Under the pieces are notes generated by a model, which was not told the DNA's origin, did no database searches, and saw only the letters and a list, made by a program, of their open reading frames with translations. From Obrimoposthia wandeli (Eukaryota), in contig CDROCS010002910.1 in assembly GCA_977020255.1 (NCBI GenBank), forward strand, positions 62,001-126,000: 64,000 nucleotides of DNA, read 5' to 3'. A program made the translations under genes and the position numbers. Positions 62,481 through 64,000 of the stretch are shown here, piece after piece. Numbering within the stretch: the stretch's first letter is position 1; each line of letters opens with the position of its first letter.

Positions 62481-62584
62481 TTAAAAAACAGCTCTTAACT
62501 GTACACTTCCTGTATGTATGGTTTTTGAATTTTCACTTTTTCTACCTAAATAATTTAAATTTAGATTTAAGAAAGGATTTAATT
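62481..62584 (-). repeat. Right direct repeat (functional 3' end of the OM protein gene)
   Basis: Offset 6087 bp from the 56394 copy; 12 differences in 102 nt. Confidence 0.92.
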
Positions 62585-64000
62585 TTTGATTGAATAAAAC
62601 AGACCACGTATAATTTTTCCCAGATTGCAAACCTTCTAACATTTGGTAAGCAACAGGTGTATTTGTATCACCAGTAAAATCATTTAAAAAAACATTTATA
62701 TTGGCTGAAATTTGATTCTTTTTACTGCTGATGTAAAAATATTCAACCCCAAATTTTTGTTGATTTAATTGTTCGAAATCTTGCAACAGATTCTCTTTGT
62801 TCTTAAAATGATAAAAAGCTGTAAGTCGATTGTTCTCATTGTATAGAAAACTGATTTTTGGCTGAATCTCATTTGTATGAATCGTATAATTTCTATTGTT
62901 GAAATTCTCTGTTTCTAAATCATTCTCAGAATTTTTCCCCATTAACTCAAATAACCAAAAGGATGCAAATTTATGTGCAAAATCTACTTGATGTAGTTTG
63001 ATGTTGTTTTCTTGACTTCCGATAAAATATTGTTGCTTATTTCTGTTTTTTCCAAAGGTGTAAGTAACACTGTATTTCTGAAGGTTTTTGTTGAAATAAA
63101 TACTATTTCTGATATTAAAACTAAGACCTAATAGTTTGCTTTCATCAAAATCAAAAGGATTAAAATTAAAAGAATTTCCTATTCTTTGTTGTTCATTTTC
63201 TACGCTTAAAAAACTCTGATTGTAAAAATGAGAAAGCATTTTTTTAAATCCTTTTTTAGAAGACCAAACTCTTGGGTTTAAACTTAAAGATTGGGTAAAT
63301 TTTGCTCTTTGAGTAGCAATAAATTGCAGATTAGGTTTTGGTAAACGTAAATATGTTGCTTGATCTTGAAATTCTGCAATTTCAAATTCATCAAAATCTT
63401 GAATTCCATCACTGTTGTAATCGATCCAAGTATAATAACCTAAACCAGGTTCTGTTTTTATATAAATGTATTCTTGTCTTGCAATATTTCCAGATGAAGT
63501 TTCATAAACAGTTCCTAAATTGATGAAATTATTAAATAATTTCTGATTAAAAACTACTTTAGAATTTAGTGACTTCTCATCATCCGTAAACTTGTTTTCT
63601 GTAAGTCTATAATTAGCAAAAATACTTAAACTAGTCTTTTTGTTTTGTATCAGTTTACTGTTTAAATAAATCGTTTTTCTATTGTTGATTTCAGTAAAAG
63701 TATTCGATTTTATACTGTCATTATTTCTGTAATTAAAACCGAATTTAGCAAAGACATTTGTGCTGTCTCCAATACCAACATACGTTTCAATTTCTTTAAA
63801 ACGATGACTTGTATTTATATATTCTTGTGTGGTGCCATTTTTTCTGCTGTTTGTTTCAAAATTGATAAAAGCACCCAACCATTTTTTATTAAAGTTTTGT
63901 TCTGCTTTCGCTTTTGCTCTAAAAAAGGAGTTGTCTTCTGTAGTTGAGGTGTTTGTTAAAAAGCTTCCGTCAATAAAAAAAGAAGTTTTATTCAGCTTCA
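62481..64000 (-). CDS. Conserved large outer-membrane protein, 5' end outside window
   Basis: Frame is open from 63878 to the window edge. Amphipathic beta-strands, AYQMLEGLQSGKNYTW motif, ends in F. Confidence 0.75.
   Translation of the reverse strand, partial: KLNKTSFFIDGSFLTNTSTTEDNSFFRAKAKAEQNFNKKWLGAFINFETNSRKNGTTQEYINTSHRFKEIETYVGIGDSTNVFAKFGFNYRNNDSIKSNTFTEINNRKTIYLNSKLIQNKKTSLSIFANYRLTENKFTDDEKSLNSKVVFNQKLFNNFINLGTVYETSSGNIARQEYIYIKTEPGLGYYTWIDYNSDGIQDFDEFEIAEFQDQATYLRLPKPNLQFIATQRAKFTQSLSLNPRVWSSKKGFKKMLSHFYNQSFLSVENEQQRIGNSFNFNPFDFDESKLLGLSFNIRNSIYFNKNLQKYSVTYTFGKNRNKQQYFIGSQENNIKLHQVDFAHKFASFWLFELMGKNSENDLETENFNNRNYTIHTNEIQPKISFLYNENNRLTAFYHFKNKENLLQDFEQLNQQKFGVEYFYISSKKNQISANINVFLNDFTGDTNTPVAYQMLEGLQSGKNYTWSVLFNQKLNPFLNLNLNYLGRKSENSKTIHTGSVQLRAVF

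Noticed and set aside
56394-62584. IS, transposon or integrase-encoding element
   Set aside because: No transposase or recombinase ORF and no terminal inverted repeats; only the diverged direct repeat is supported.
1-64000. tRNA/rRNA genes
   Set aside because: No cloverleaf, T-loop GTTC signature in intergenic DNA, or GC-rich rRNA-like tract was seen by eye; tRNAscan-SE was not run.

Overview
AT-rich Flavobacteriaceae-type chromosome segment (Polaribacter/Tenacibaculum-like, inferred from T9SS genes, TAnnTTTG promoters and gene order). Contents in order: (1) the 3' 20.4 kb of a 5'-truncated giant repetitive T9SS type-B-CTD adhesin with its own PorP/SprF-family and PorE-like OmpA partners; (2) ileS-dksA/traR-[T9SS beta-propeller protein, hypothetical]-lspA-DUF4230-like; (3) an 8-kb minus-strand accessory locus, the best candidate for an undescribed system; (4) uvrC-patatin/Omp85; (5) a phosphate-acquisition cluster (PiT-PhoU-like, OprO/P-like porin, TonB receptor, duplicated beta-helix lipoprotein) carrying 11-bp-periodic TAACAT boxes and a candidate sRNA; (6) two small outer-membrane barrels; (7) a CzcA/CzcB-type metal-efflux cassette bracketed by a 102-bp duplicated gene 3' end; (8) a truncated outer-membrane protein gene. 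The locus in (3) encodes a small cytoplasmic PCPxxC protein, two paralogous multi-pass membrane proteins separated by an unannotated decayed second PCPxxC copy, a single-TM HisKA_3 kinase, a NarL-type regulator, a tail-collar protein, a T9SS cargo protein and an unannotated 58-aa peptide. Its intergenic regions share a 6-4-6 palindromic motif. No rRNA, tRNA, CRISPR array, integrase or transposase was recognised.
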